Positions 48,356 to 62,490 of a DNA stretch of 64,000 nucleotides are shown one piece after another. The stretch is taken from assembly GCA_017654855.1 (NCBI GenBank), contig CM030337.1, forward strand, positions 2,418,001-2,482,000, in the 5' to 3' direction. Positions within the stretch are counted from its first letter, which is position 1. Each line of letters opens with the position of its first letter. A model generated the notes under the pieces. The model saw nothing but the letters and a program-made list of their open reading frames with translations, was not told the DNA's origin and ran no database searches. The stretch comes from Podospora anserina (taxonomy: Eukaryota). The translations under genes were made by a program, and so were the position numbers.

Positions 48356-51216
48356 ATGGCTGCCACCGACGACCTCTCGCGGGCCGAGTACCCAGCTATG
48401 CTGGTGAGCTCATTTGTTTGCCTCCTCTGAATTCCCCTTGCGATGCTGACCGACTGCGTGTCCTCCCTGTCGCAGGCCAACCTCCAACCAACCCAAGCCG
48501 TGCAAACATTGTCCGACCGAGTCAAGCGCATCACGAAAGTCAACAACGAGATCGCCGACTGGCTCCAGGTACGCATTTTCGACGCCCGGGAACCGGACAG
48601 GAACTAAAGAGTGGAACAGGAACGCAAAAGGGTTGAGGAACAGTACGTCGCCGGCCTGCGAAAGCTGCTTGTCTTCAAGGTGCCCAACGCGTCATCCGAG
48701 CTTGGGTTGGTGACTCTCCCGTACTCCTTGAAAGTCCGCGTTGACTAACATCAGGTTGCGCAAAGCGTCTTCCAAGCACCATGGGATAAGATCCTTCAGT
48801 CTACCGACGCCATTGCTGCATCCCATCACTTGCTCGCTCAGCGCATCGAGAAAGATGTCGAACACTCCTTACGAACCTTTCAGAACAAGAAGGAGATGCA
48901 GAATATCCAGAACATCGGCGCGAACCTCCAGACTATGGCCAGAGAGTTGGACGATGCCGCCGAAAAGTCGGAGAAGCTGTCCAAGAAGGGCGGCAAGGCT
49001 AATGCCCAAAAGGTGGATCAAGCGGCATCCAGGTTGGAAGCTGCCAACCAGCAATGGGAGTCGCAGGCGCCCTTCATCTTCGAAACGCTTCAAGCTTTGG
49101 ACGAGCAGCGCATCAACCACTTGCGCGACGTGCTGACCCAATTCGAGACACACGAGGTGGACCAGGCAACGCGAACCCAGGCCGCTGCCGAAGAGGTGCT
49201 GAACATGATGCTGGAGGTCAACACTGCCAAGGAGATCGAGAACTTTGCGAGCAAGGTCACGGCTGGGAAGCCAAAGATTGAAAGGAGGTCGACCAACACG
49301 AGGGCCTCCAACGTCACCACGCCAACCGCAGCAGCCCCCCCTAGCGTTCACGGCGGCCACGACGATGATGTTACTAGCGAACACTCCTTCCAACACCAGG
49401 GACACCCGGAATCGAAACTCCGGAGTCGGATCGGCACCATGTTGGGACGCCGACGACAGAGTGTCCATGCCGGGTTTGGGCAAATATCTCCTCAGAAGGG
49501 ACTCGGCCCATTTTCTCGGAACCTCGGAAGCAGCCATGGCCACGCCCTGTCACCGAGATCTTCGTCTCACAACTTGAACAATGACTCTCAGAATAGATTA
49601 TCGTCCGTTGTCGAGACTCCCAAGAGCCCGGGTGCCGCGGATCATCGTGACTCGACAGCGGAGAAGGAGAATGCCAGGGCTTCACATGAGGGTCCTAACG
49701 GCACGAACGGGGTCACTGGTGGGGATGGCAACAAGGATGTGCAGTCATCCAGCCTTCTGAATGGAACCGCCGAGGACATCTTTGACGTTCAGCCACCTCC
49801 AGGGCCTCCGCCAGCGCAGCAAAAGGAGGAACCATCAAAGGATGCTGAAGGGTTCACGATTCCAGGTGCCATGAACGATCCCATCTCTCGGGCCCAGAGG
49901 GAGGCGGCGGCCGAGGAGGGGGATCACATGTTTAAGCTCAACATCCAAAACGAGCCCATCGCCGAGGAGGACCAGGATGCGAAGCAAGCAGCCTTGTCCA
50001 ATGTGGCCAGTGTTCTGACGACCATGGGGGCGCCTGCTAGAAAGACGGGTACTGTCCGTGGCAGGAGAGATGTAAGAAATACGGTTTACATGCCAGCCCC
50101 AACACACGAAGTACCCGGGAGCGCATTCCCGCCATCACCATCACTACCTCCCACGACACTGGCAAGGCCCACGCCGCCGTTCTCGACAGAAGGGAGCCAT
50201 ACCTCTCGTGCTTCCGACACCCAGTCGATCCGCTCAGGCACATCGCTTGGCGGCGTATCATCCTACAGCGGTTTTGCTAGGCTGCGGCACCCGGACATGC
50301 ACGGATCCGAGCATCCGACCGGCCTGAACTCGTCAGTGATTGAATCGGTGTCTGCCATCTTTGAAGAGGGCGAGGTCAAGTCTGTCAAGGTGACGGGCGA
50401 GATTGCGTTGTCCTACAACCCTGACCCCGACGCTGCCCAGCCAGGTATGTTCTCCTCGGTCTCTCACGAACGGGCATAGTTAACCAACTCGGAACAGACC
50501 ACGAAACCATCAAGCTTAACAAGTTCTCGCTGCTCGAATCCATCGGTCCTAACCGCACCTTTGTCGGCAACACGATTTCGCCCGATGAGTTTACGGTCGA
50601 TGTTTCGCACCTCGGCAGCACAACCACCGCCTTCACCTACCGCGTCCACTCCGATTCGGATACGGCTTTAGCCAGCCAGTGTCCGATTGTCATACACCCC
50701 GTATGGAAGCCTCAAGGTGACAAGCTTGGTCTGCTGCTGCAATACCGCCTCAACCCGGCCTCGAACCTGCCCCGCCCAGTAACACTCTCGAACCTCTCCT
50801 TCGTAGCAACATACGAAGGTGCCAAGGCAAGCGGCGTGCAGACCAAGCCCTCGGGCACGCACCTGAAGGACAAGCACCTTGTATACTGGCGCCTCGGGGA
50901 CGTCACCCTGACCCAAGACTGGGGCAAGATCATCTGCCGGGTAATTGGAGAACAAAACGCCGAGCCACAACCGGGTCATGTGGAAGTGAGGTGGGAGTAC
51001 ACATCTAATGAATCGGAAGGGCCAGGAACAGGCAGTGGGATTTCGGTAGCCAGATTAGGGGAGAGCAAGGGCAAGGAGAGGGAACTGGACGAGGAAGACC
51101 CGTTTGCTGATGCGGGGAGCTTGGCGAGTCCGAAGGACACGAGGAGGTGGGTTGACTTGCCAGTGGTGAGGAAGATGGTGGCGGGGAAGTATATGAGTCG
51201 AAGTGAGTCGAAGTGA
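48356..51216 (+). CDS. SYP1: Muniscin/FCHo endocytic adaptor (F-BAR plus mu-homology domain)
   Basis: EIADWLQ|ER.KVEEQYV, WESQAPFIFETLQALDEQR, RGRRDVRNT, GLNSSVIE.VSA.F and VTGEIAL; multiple introns. Confidence 0.85.
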
Positions 51217-51932
51217 GTCGGGTTCAAAAAGATGTGCGTTTTTGCAACGATGTGTGGAATGAAGGAGTTTCATGAGGAACCTATTAAGCCAGCATGGATG
51301 GATGGAATGATGTGGAAGAAGGCAAAGAAAAGGCTTGCTCTCGTTTATATAATTTTCCTAGAGGTTTTCTTTGTTTTTTTTTTGTTAACTTTCTTACTTG
51401 TATCACTTTTAACTATTCTTATTCTTGGATTATTATCGCCTTTTTTTGGGCCTGGTTGTGTGAGTGATGTGGTGAGTAAAGGTGAAAATGTATGTAAGTG
51501 GTGAGGAAGCTGGGAGGATGGGAGCATTATGTATACCTGGTGGACAAGTACACTTTTGAAGAAATGAACATATTTTCTTTCCAACACGAAAGTTTTATGC
51601 AGCTACATATCACAAGCCATCAAGTGTAGGACAGTGAAGCCCAAGTTGACCAGCAAGTGCTGTCACATCATCACAATACCCGAACCACCTGTTTTTGTGG
51701 TGCCTCTGTTTAATGTGTAATACTCGATTATCTCTTCATCTACGTCCTTCTTTGCGATGCAATGCTCATATCTCATTAAAACCTTGACCCTTGATCCATG
51801 TGAAAACTCCGTTTTTCGCCCACAGAAACAAACAAACAAACAAACAAGCCCATCCTACGCTACCTCCCTTCCATACCACCTCCTCTCCCACTCATCACCC
51901 CCCTCCTGCCCCTTCAACCCATCCTCCCCTCC

Positions 51933-54316
51933 CTAAGAAGAGTGATCCTCCTGCCCCCCGTGCCTCTCCTCCCAAAACTCCAACGTCAAAGCCGCCAAAA
52001 ACCCCGGCACGCACCCCCTCTCCCTCACCCAGAATTTGATCAGATCCCCAATCCTCACCGCAAACTCGCTCCTCGGCCCACCACCAACCTTCATCGTCCC
52101 CTTCTCCCCATCAAAAACAATGCTGTTCTCGTGGTCGTCCGTTTTTGAGGGGTAGTAAACGCTCTCGACCCTCATCTTCCCCCCAGGGATAAAACTCACC
52201 GTCCACCCCAGCGTGCTAAAAACAGCCTCTTTGAACTCTGCCGACTTTGCCGCCCACACCTCCTTCAGTCGGCGTGAACTCTTGTGCGCCGAGGCGGTTT
52301 CTGCTTTTGCCTCTGCTACCTCCCTTTGGGCAGCGGCGAGTTGCGATGTGGGTATGGTGGAAAACAGTGTTGGCTGACGTTGAATGTGAGCTACCAGCTC
52401 GGCGTTTTCGGCTTTCAACGCGGCCAAGGTGGCGGTCTTGATGGCTTCGTAGTCGGATGTTGGGTTAGACCTAAGAGACAAAACTCGGGTCGAGGCCCGT
52501 TCTTTTGCCTTGGCTAGCTGTTCAACCGTGACGGCGTGTTCTTTTCGTAAAAGATGTAGCGTTTGCTGAACGTCGGCAAGCTCAGCCTGGAGTTTCCTGT
52601 TTTTCCTGGCCAGCTGCCCCAAATGTTCGGATTCCGTGTCGTCAGAGTCCGATCGGGGACGCTTGCTCCCAATGACAGGCTGAACCGGGGACACAGCGGC
52701 AGATTCGAGAGACGTCAAATCGGCGTGAAGCGTCGCAACCTCGGTCTTGTACCGATCAACCAGATCCTCCAGCTCCTGTATCCTCTGCGCCTTTTGCTCG
52801 TCCACTGTCTCAGGCTGCATGGTGATATCCTCCATGTCAAACGTCCTGAGTTGCGCCCTAAGGTACTCAACCTCCTTGACGGCAAGGGCGCGCTGCCTGT
52901 CCAGACGGGCACGAGCCTTATCGTTCCCCCCACTGGACCCCCCAGGAGCCTTGAGTTTCTCAATCTGCTCCAGCAGCCCGGCCTTCTCCTCCTCAAGAGA
53001 CCTAATGATATTATCCCGATCAGCAACCTCAGGCTGGAGAGACCCTATCTTCTCCAGCAAGCTCGCCGAGTTGAGCCGCTCAGCAACAAGAGCCCTGGCC
53101 ACCTCCTCAGGCGAGTCAAACTCAGCCTGCCCCTCACCCTCCAAATACGCCGCCCAAGCCATCCTCTCATCCTCCAACCTCTGCCTCTGCGTCCTCTCCT
53201 CCGCCAGCTCCCGCTCAACACCAACCGCAGCCTCCACCTTCCGCTGCAAAGACCTCTTCTCCTCCTCGACCACCTCCACAGCCTTGTGCACCTGGCGCAA
53301 GTGCCTGAGCTCGGTAATCTGCTCCCTATTCTTCGCCTCCAGCGCCCTAATATGCGTCACCTGATCCGACAGCTCCCTCCTGATGACAGCAATAGTCTCC
53401 GCGTCCCCCGTCTGCGCCTTGAGCATCAACACCTGCGCCTCCAGCTCCCCAATAATCTCATCCTTCTCCCCCACCGCAGCCTGCACCCTCTCCAGCATCT
53501 CCTCCCTCCCCTTATTCCCCTCCTCCAACTCACTCTTCCCCCGCTGACACGCCGCAAGCTTAGCCCGGAGGTCATTAACCTCCCGCTCCGCCACCCTCGC
53601 CGCCTCATCCTTCTCCGCACTCAAATCCTCAAGCTCCTCCCTCAGCACCCTCGCCTCATCCACCGCGCTCCTAGCCTTGGCCTCCAGCTCCCGTTTCTGC
53701 CTCTCCTGCTCCGCTCTCAGCTCGTCAAGTTCCGCCTGCAACACCTCAACCTGCCGCTGGGCGCGTCCCTTTTCCGCCTCGGCGGCTTGCTTCGCCTTGA
53801 AGTCGTCTTCCGCCCGTCGCTTGGTGTCTCGAATTTCATTCTCCATCTGCAGACGCGCCAGCTCCTTTTCTTGCTCGTAGTTGCTGATTTGGTATTTTAG
53901 CGTGCCGACCTCGGCTTTGAGGTCCTCGATTAGTTTTCGCTGTTCGTCGCTCTCGCAAGGTTCGTGGTTCTCTTTGCTGCTTTCGCGACTTTCTCTGCTC
54001 GTTGCGGGGGACGGTCCGCTGAGCCGTGACATGGTGCTGGCTCGGGGGTTGGGGGCGTTTGTTGGTTCGCCCGTGAGGAGGTTGTGGGAGGTTGTGCTGT
54101 TGCGAAAGGCGGCGATCTTTTTTGGTTTCTTTTTGTCAGCCTGATTGCTTCCGGCGCGCGTCGGGCGTCGCGAAAACTTACTCTGGATTGGGAAGAGAGC
54201 GTCGGTCTTGAGGCGCCGCCGGCAACGGTGGCGCGGAAGCTGGGGGCGCCGTTGCTGGAGACGGAGGGACGCCGGGCCGACCCGGGCGGCTCGCCTTTGG
54301 GGGTGAAGGACCGCAT
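51933..54316 (-). CDS. MAD1: Spindle assembly checkpoint protein Mad1
   Basis: Long coiled coil, RVLSLRSNPT, RLKEVWAAKSAEFKEAVFSTLGW and VPGFLAALTLEF; ATG at 54316 and one intron from ~54180. Confidence 0.92.
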
Positions 54317-54771
54317 TAGTTGGGATGTTTTGCTGTTGTTCACCGGTCGCGGTTTGGGTGTGTTTAGTTCTGGGGGTTCGGGCATTTTGGAGAGCGATTG
54401 TTTGGAAAGGGTTGCTGTGGGGGGGGGTGATTGGCTGCTGGCAAAATAAAGCGGGGCTTGTCAACAAAGAGGGCTCGGCTGGGATTTCGGATGTGATGGT
54501 GGCTTCTGGAGAAGAAGCTGTCGCGGTTGAGATGTTGAGGGTACCTACAGAGTAGGATTTGGAAGAAAGGTTAAAATTTTGATGGATTGGTCGGGTTTGT
54601 TGGCCGAGGCCTTTATGGGAGAGCCCAGCACTCTCGGGGCAGGAGCGGTAAATGCTGTGTCCAAAGTACTTTGCTGTTTGCTTTGCTCCGCTGTCCGCTG
54701 TTGTAGCATGTCTCCCAGTATTTCAAGCCGTAGACTACCGATGTCCTGACATAGGAGTGCGATAGAATGGA

Positions 54772-54773
<2 letters not shown>

Positions 54774-54802
<29 letters not shown>
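54774..54802. repeat. (CT)n microsatellite
   Basis: Read directly from the sequence. Confidence 0.95.
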
Positions 54803-54805
<3 letters not shown>

Positions 54806-55332
54806 CAATGAATGTCCTGAAGACGAGAGCTCTTGTCAGTCTGGCCGCCGTGGTTGTGTACGTCCAGCTTCGGCATTCAGCAGTCACCGCTCCGCCTGTT
54901 ACGGCCAGATGTCGGTATGTATACTGAATGCTGAGAGCCCTGTCCAGGTGAAATTCCCTCCTCCTCCTCTACCAAGACAAGCAACACCAGAGATGCTTTC
55001 GTGATATCAGCTCAGTAAAGTAAAGCTTGGCATGTCGATGGAATGCCCGCCAAGGCTTCGATCTGTGGGGAGAACAAAGAAAGCGCATGTGCCCCTGCCA
55101 ATGACGCGGAACCGGGAGGCCCGTGCCCGAGCTATGGCCCGCCCAGGGTCTTTATCGTCCTGGAGCTCCCAGCTTCAACTTTCCCTGGATTCCACAACAT
55201 CCATGGCTTTGGATACGGACACCAGGTGATACTTCCCGCGGCATCCGCTGCTCTTTTTTTTAAGAAAAACAACATTCCAGGAATATTCAATCTTTTTTTT
55301 AAATTTTTTTTTACTCTGAAATCCAAATCCCA

Positions 55333-56976
55333 ATGGCTGCTCCCACCTCCAACCGCCTCCCGTTTCTGCTGAGGGTGAGTCCCCGTCCCCTCCAGTGGTT
55401 GGCCAACGTCATAGCTCACCAAAAGCTTTCTATCTAGGGTCGCCTCCCACTGCCCCCCCGGCCCACCACGACCAGACCACTTCCCTTTGGAACTGCGCGA
55501 CGATACGGAACGAACGTTGAGGATAAGAATGAGCTGGACAAGGAGACAAGGGAGGGCGCCCAACACGATGCTGCCGCCGACCAGGCCACCGACACATCAA
55601 GGTCCGACACCAAGTCTGCCCAGGCCATCGCAGACGAGGCCTCGAGCAGATCCGACTCGGAGTCTTCGGTTGTCAGCGACCTCAAGGACTGGGAGACGAA
55701 CCCAAACTTTAAGATCGAATCCTTTTCCGACCTACCCCACGCCAACTTTGGCGTCAACCAACACATACCGTTCGACGCCGAGTTCAAGGAAGTCTTGAAG
55801 GCTATCCCTTGGGCGTTCCGGGCGCCAATCCGTTATGCATTTGCTTATGGATCCGGAGTATTTCCACAGTCGAAATCCAACGGCAAAACGGCAACCCCCG
55901 AAGAAGTAAAGGCTATACATCCAAAATGCCCACCAGCGGTAGCAAGACATCAAGATGGCACACCGAAAATGATTGACTTTATCTTTGGCGTGTCCCACAC
56001 GCAACACTGGCACTCTCTCAATATGAAACAACACCGCGATCATTACTCGGGCCTTGCCACGCTCGGGTCGGGGGCCGTATCTTATGTGCAGGACAGAATG
56101 GGTGCTGGTGTCTACTTTAACCCATATGTTGTTGTCAACGGGATTTTGATCAAGTACGGAGTGGTGCTGCTAAAGACACTGGAGGAAGACCTGACCAACT
56201 GGGACACACTGTATCTGGCCGGTCGGTTGCACAAGCCGGTGAAGATTCTGCGCGATGACCCCAAGATTCGTCTCGCCAACCAGATCAACCTGCTTTCTGC
56301 TTTGAGGACGGCCCTGCTGCTTTTGCCGCCAAAGTTCACCGAAGAAGAGCTCTATGCCACCATTGCCGGCATCAGCTACCTCGGCGACCCACGAATGGCC
56401 CTGCCAACGGAGAACCCAAGCAAGGTCAAGAACATTGTCGGCAACAACATGACCAACTTTAGACGGCTGTATCTCCCACTTATCGAGACGCTCCCCAATG
56501 TCGAGTTCAACGACCCGGGAACCAGCGCCAAGGACTGGGTGTGGGAGGCTAGCAACCTCAACCTCGTTCAGGATATGGACCCTGTCAAACGCGGCAACAT
56601 GGTGCGCCGGCTGCCAAAGTCATTCCGGTCACGTCTCTACTTTCAGTACCAGAGGAAATTCGCCATCCCGCAGCTAGAGTTCAACAAGATGATGGAGGAA
56701 AGTAAGAATGAGGACTCGATCTCGTTCAAGCGTCGCGAGGGCGGCGGGTTTGAGAGGCGTATTGTGCAGGACGACCCCACCGAGCTGCGCAGCTATATTC
56801 GGGAGGTGATTAAGCAGACTATCAGCTGGCCGGCCACGACACAATCCTTGAAGGGACCCCTCACCAGCGGCTGGACGAGGACGTGGCGGTATCTGATGGA
56901 GAAGATGGCCAAGTACCGCGAGGGAAAGGCCAAGGAGGCTGAGGAGAAGGAGGAGAGCGAGGAGAAGAAGGCTTGA
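55333..56976 (+). CDS. TAM41: Mitochondrial phosphatidate cytidylyltransferase Tam41/Mmp37
   Basis: AFAYGSGVFPQ, MIDFIF, GAGVYFNP and LYLAGRLHKPV; the intron at 55375-55437 splices in frame. Confidence 0.95.
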
Positions 56977-57722
56977 TGTACGTTTATGATGACAATAATG
57001 AGCGTTGTTTTTGGGCTACATTGGCTGGAAGCGGTGGTTCGGGTTGTGTTGTGTCATGATACACGGGCCTCGTGTTTTTTTTTTTAGTGTACATATCACC
57101 ATGCATGACTGTAGAGTAGAGGTTGGCGTTTTGTTACTATGAGCGATTGAGAGGGATGGGTCATAAAGAGAATGAATGTACTTGGCATCTTGTTTACTAT
57201 TCTAGGCATACGTATGTGTGGCTTTGATGAGGGGGATGTGGTTATAATGCCGCGCGTGCTAAACAATGGGAATTTGGCTGGGCATTTGTTGAGCATATTT
57301 TGTGGCACGGTTAACACGGGAAGTAGGCTAAAGGTTTTGGTGTGGCGGTGGTTGGTGGGTGGCGAGTGGTTGCAGCGAGGGTCAGCGGGTGCTGGTCGGG
57401 TGTGTTCTGGGCAGAACGAACTATGACGTAGGTTTGCCTGACTTACACGCAAAGGCTACCGTTTGTGTCGATCGATCAGGCCGGATTGAAACGTCATTGA
57501 GGGATGGTGGGACCGTGGGGGGGAATATAAGGGTCTTTTTTTGGTGCGGGTTTGATTTGTTCTTAGCGACAGACTTTTTGAATCAAGCATCACCTTGTCA
57601 CCTACAGAACTATCACGAGTCGAGCAAGTTTGATACCTACCACAAGCAACAACACAGTTTGATTACATACCTACAACATACCTACCTACTACGCAACAAG
57701 AGAGACCACGACCAGCTGCAAG

Positions 57723-58241
57723 ATGGAGAAATCACCGGCCTACAACTACAACTACAACAGCGGGGGAATGGGAATGGACACGGGCATCACTGGCGGCACC
57801 TCCTCCTCCTCTGCCAACCCTATGCAACAACCTGCGTACACCGACAACACCAAACCCCACACCAACGACTACTACGCCGCCCCTCCTGCCTCGTCTTCCG
57901 CAGGCGTAGGCGCAGGAGCAACACCAACAACCCACCCCGTGGGTATGGACCACACAAACCGCGACTCGATGGCATCCACCGCCGTACCCCCAGCTACCAC
58001 CAGGACGAGTTCATCAAGTTTCACAGGAAGTGACGTCATCCTCCTCATCATGGCCATCTTCCTCCCCCCGGTGGCGGTCTTCTTGAAGAGGGGATGTGAC
58101 GCGCATTTTTTTATCAACATCCTGCTCACGATCTTGGCGTGGTTGCCGGGCATGATTCATGCTTTTTATGTTGTGGTGAGGTACCCTGGTGATTTGGGGG
58201 ATCGGAGGGCGAGGAAGGGGGAGGGGAAGAGGGGTATTTGA
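57723..58241 (+). CDS. Pmp3/UPF0057 proteolipid with a long polar N-terminal extension
   Basis: AIFLPPVAVFLKRGC..FFINILLTILAWLPGMIHAFYVV. Confidence 0.9.
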   Translation: MEKSPAYNYNYNSGGMGMDTGITGGTSSSSANPMQQPAYTDNTKPHTNDYYAAPPASSSAGVGAGATPTTHPVGMDHTNRDSMASTAVPPATTRTSSSSFTGSDVILLIMAIFLPPVAVFLKRGCDAHFFINILLTILAWLPGMIHAFYVVVRYPGDLGDRRARKGEGKRGI

Positions 58242-58855
58242 GAGTGAAGGATTTGGAATGGGGCAATGAATGGGACAATGGTAGAGCTTGGGGGGGGGGG
58301 AGGGGAGGGACTTGGGGGATAGGAAGGGAGGGAGGAAATATGATACCAATTTGAGTAGCTGTTTTGATTTTTGTTATTGCGTCTTCAGGTGTGTAATGGA
58401 GTGTTGAATTTGGCAACCGTGAACTCGAGAATGGCACCCGCAGGTAGTTGACCACGTCCTCACGCTGAACTTGCACAAACTGCCCAGCCCGTATCATTCC
58501 GCACCTTCTTGCCCAAAACAAAACCATCCGTATAAACGCCACCGCGAAATTACAATCTTCCGGAGCATTCCCTGCGGCATTTGGCAAGTGGTCGTTGAAT
58601 ACTGCAATAGAAACACAACGTGTGGAGTCTTTGTTTCCTTATATTGTTTCCTGCCAGAAACCAAACCAATGCTCATCATCATGTCTATAGCTATTTAATT
58701 CAGTCATGCAATGCATACAAACTCCACCAGGCAAACGCTTCAACATGCACCACGACAAAACCACAGCCATTTATCCAACGCTCCATGATTATCTACTGGA
58801 ACCAAATACTCACATGCAAAAATATGTTCCCCTCAACCACTAGCCCCAAAACCCT

Positions 58856-61800
58856 TCAAGAAAACCCATTCAAAACCGTCGTATGAATAATAGCCTCCAC
58901 ATACATCCTGTTCCTCACCGTACACCTCGCCCCCGCCTTGACCTTGAACATCCCATGCGGCCCCATCACAAACTCAGGCTCCTCCCCAATCTTGACCCTC
59001 AACTTCCCCGAAGCAAGCGACACCAGCCTGATCTGGTTCTCCTCCCCCTCGATCTTGAAAGTCTGACCGCTCCTGATAACATCCACCCGGAAAGCCACAT
59101 CCTCGCACACCTCCACAGCATGCGTGCTCGAAAGAAAAGACTTGGAAAAGGCAATGCTCTCGGATTTGGGGTCCATCTCCCTGATCCGCCCCGGCGCAAC
59201 CTCCCAGTCTTCCATTTCCAAAACTTGCTCCGCGATGACGAAGCCCGTGGTTTGGACACCGTTGGATGATGGTATACCTTCCAAAATGCGGCTTTTGGGT
59301 TGCCGCCGCTGGTGTTTTACGATGGGTGGTGGTGGGGCTGGTTCTTCTGGGATAGACTCATCAGTTTCTGGTGGAGCTGGGGGCGGCGCCTGTGGGTGGA
59401 AAAGTCCCGACTCAGAAGTCCGCGCCCTCAGCTTGTACCGAGTGGAAACACCCTCATGTTCTTCCTCAACCCCCTCCACGGCAGCGTCGCGCGCAATATC
59501 CGCCGGCCGTTCAGCTTGCGAGACCTGAGGGGCCTGTGGAACAACCTGCTGAGCCTGGGCTGTAGCCTGCGCAGCTTGTGGAGACTTTGGACGCGGTGGC
59601 ACGGGCCTTTGATGCACATCCGACCATCTCAGTGTGTGCATACGATATTGTTGTTGTTGTTCCTTCCTCATAGCCCCGGGCGTCTTAACCCCCGGGAGCC
59701 AAACATTCATATGAACCCGGTTGGTTCCCGGTATTCTTCTAAGTGGCCTTCCTGCCATCACATTGGCCATTGGTTCCGCCGGGCTCTGCTGTTCCGCTGC
59801 CCTCTGCCGTTCCGCTGCCCTCTGCTGCTCCGCCGCCATCCGACTGGCGTTCTCTTCTGCCACCGCCCCCTGACTAGTTTTCTCTTCCGCCTCCAAATGA
59901 TCCCAGGTGCTTTTTGGCGGCCAACTCCGATTAGCCAGTGCTTCATCGCCCACGGGCACATCGGCAGCAGCAGTAGCAGACAACATATGATGCCGCAAGA
60001 CCCACCAGTTCGCCGCCCACTCAACCGACCCATCGGGCCGCGTTTTGGCGACAACAATCGAGGGGCGCGGGTGAAGGATCTTGCCGCTTGGGCCAATGTT
60101 GCCTCGCTTGGGGGCATATACACCAACGAGATCAAAGCTCCCATCTCCGTTGTCTTTGAGATAACTCGCATAATGGGAGCGCTAGGAAAGACATCAGAAA
60201 GGTTCGCAGACAATGACTTCACCAGCCAGGAGACGTACCGAGAAATGAAAACCCAGATCCTTCACCTTTATACACTTTGTCTCGCAGCTTCTGATAGGAC
60301 ACGGGAACGGTCTCGGTCCCGAACGCTCAGTATATCCAGCAGGAATCATGACTCCGCATAGCGATCTAGGGTCTCCGTTGTCATCTGCGACTCGTGAGTT
60401 TGTTTTGTCTCCAACACATTCATCAAATGCACACGTACCATCCCATTCCGTGTACCTTCTTCCCGGTGAAGCAAACTCGAAGCCGTCAGAAGATGAAACG
60501 GTCGGAGAAGTCTGGGTGGTGTTTGCGGTTAGCGAACCGACAGCTTGCCCCGACACATTCGACGTGTTGATGTCTGCATCGTCCCATCCTGAATCCTGGT
60601 AGTCCTGTTGGGCCCCTTGCCCGCTGCGAAGTATCCTGCCTGCCCTCTCCCTTCCCCGGTCCTTCAGAGTGCAATACGTCTGGTTAGGATGGTAAAAGCA
60701 GTTCGCACAGCCTGATCAGCTTGCTAACAATATCATCAGGAGCTCGAGGTGAAATCATGACGCATGACTGAAATAGGCCGTTGCCACTTGCGCCTCGGCC
60801 ACACGACTTGGGGGCAGGCTCTCCTGTCACTTGCAGGATTAGGGCAGTGATGTCTCGCGGGTTGGTATCAGAGAAGGGGTTGGTCCTGATCCGCATGTGG
60901 TTCCAGTCGAAATCTGGTAGTTGAGGAAGAGAAAGCAAGGTCCTGGCATGCCCCTTGCCAGGAGGCTCCCGACCTTTGAAGTGCCTAAGGTAAGGCTGGA
61001 GGGCTTTCCAGAGGGCTTTGGGGTCGCCAGGGGGTAGGAGAATTAAAATGAGCTGCTGAGCTTACTTTGGCAAGACTGGTCATAGGACTCTGGGCACCAC
61101 TATATTCGCTTCCAGCTCCCGATGGAGGCTGGCTGTTGTCGACATCGTATCGTCCGTGTCCTTGTTCCGGTAGCGAGGGAGCGACCATTGGAGGTTCAGA
61201 CGGGTCCAAAGCTCCTACCGAGACCACAATGCCCGGTTTCGGTTTGGCACCCGAAGCTTGACCTTCACCATCCCGGAGTTTGGCATAATGTCCTCGTACC
61301 GAGAGAGTTCCGTCCATATTGTCGTGCAATAGGGAACCTCGATGTTGACGCTGTGGCAGAGTGTGAGCAATCATGGGTGGAAAAAATACAATTGAAGGCA
61401 GGGCATACGACGAAATGTCCACCTAGCTGCTTTATGGCAGGAAAAAGCTTCCGACACGATCGAACAGGGCAGATCCTAAAACATTAGTACATACGACTTC
61501 AGAAGTAGAAATTCCGAAACCTACCAGGGAAAGCCAGGACGAGCCGAGGACCACTCATATCCATCTGGTATAGTGGTACCGTACATAGACTCATTATTCC
61601 AACGCAAGTAGGGTCGTCCGGATGGAGTGAGGTCTAGGGCGTGCGGTTCGACCTTTGCTACTTCGGCGGCCTCGGCCTGAACCTGGCTGTTTACGGGGTT
61701 TGTGACGATAGAGACCTCACCTACTTGCGACCCCTCTTCCCAGTCACCATCGTTACTGTCGTCCGGGATGTTTTCTGGTGGGAAAACAGGGTCCAACTGG

Positions 61801-62490
61801 TCCATCATCTCGACATCAGAAGTCTCCGAAGTAGACGACGATGATGCTGGTGCTGGTGCAGAGACAGTGGGACGGGACTGATCTTGAGCAGAGACATAGG
61901 TCGGCAGAGGGACGGGTGATATAACTGTGGGTTGAAAGTTGCCCGTTTGCAACTTTTTGTGCTGGCCATGGCTTTGGTCATTGGCTCCCGAAGTGCGTCG
62001 TCGTTTCAAAGCTTCAGAGATGGCTTTTCTCCTTTCAGCATCGGTAGTATACTTTGTACCTTTGAGGCCGGCATCTCCCTGTGCAGTTGGGGCAAATTGG
62101 ACTGCCGGGCTATGGGTTGCGGTTCGGGGGGGCAAAATGTCACTGATGATTGGGGAAGGCTCCGAGCCCGAGTTGGCGGGCGGCGGCAGGGTGGGGTTTT
62201 CCTTGGCGGGGGCGGTCGTACCCGTGGACGCACTCTTGTCGCGACCTCCGAAAATCCAGCTTTCTATTGAGCCATTCGCAGCAAGGTCCTGAAATGTCCG
62301 CGGCATTTGAGCTGTCATAGTATTCGAGGGCTCTTTTCCAGGCCGCCTTACCAAGGCAATGCCCGCCTACACACCGTGGAAGGAACTCCGCCTTGCTGCT
62401 AGCTACGTCGACGGAGATTCGAGAGCTGATAAAGCTGCGGTAGGCCACCGCGCAGATCCTGAATGGGCGTTTGCGTCGCAACTGTAGCAA
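58856..62490 (-). pseudogene. Large zinc-finger/DUF3716-like protein with C-terminal cupin-like domain, frameshifted
   Basis: Two CP[VI]RSC..H..H...DN.DG modules, LILQVTGE..C...C...CANC and a cupin-like tail. Frameshifts of +1 at ~61032 and ~60713. 5' end uncertain. Confidence 0.65.

Noticed and set aside
52563..53900. 445-aa plus-strand ORF
   Set aside because: Antisense shadow of MAD1 caused by codon bias.
55487..55798. Apparent frameshift in TAM41
   Set aside because: After splicing 55375-55437 the true frame is open and continuous with 55795-56976.
59300..60361. 353-aa plus-strand ORF
   Set aside because: Antisense to the DUF3716/cupin-like gene.
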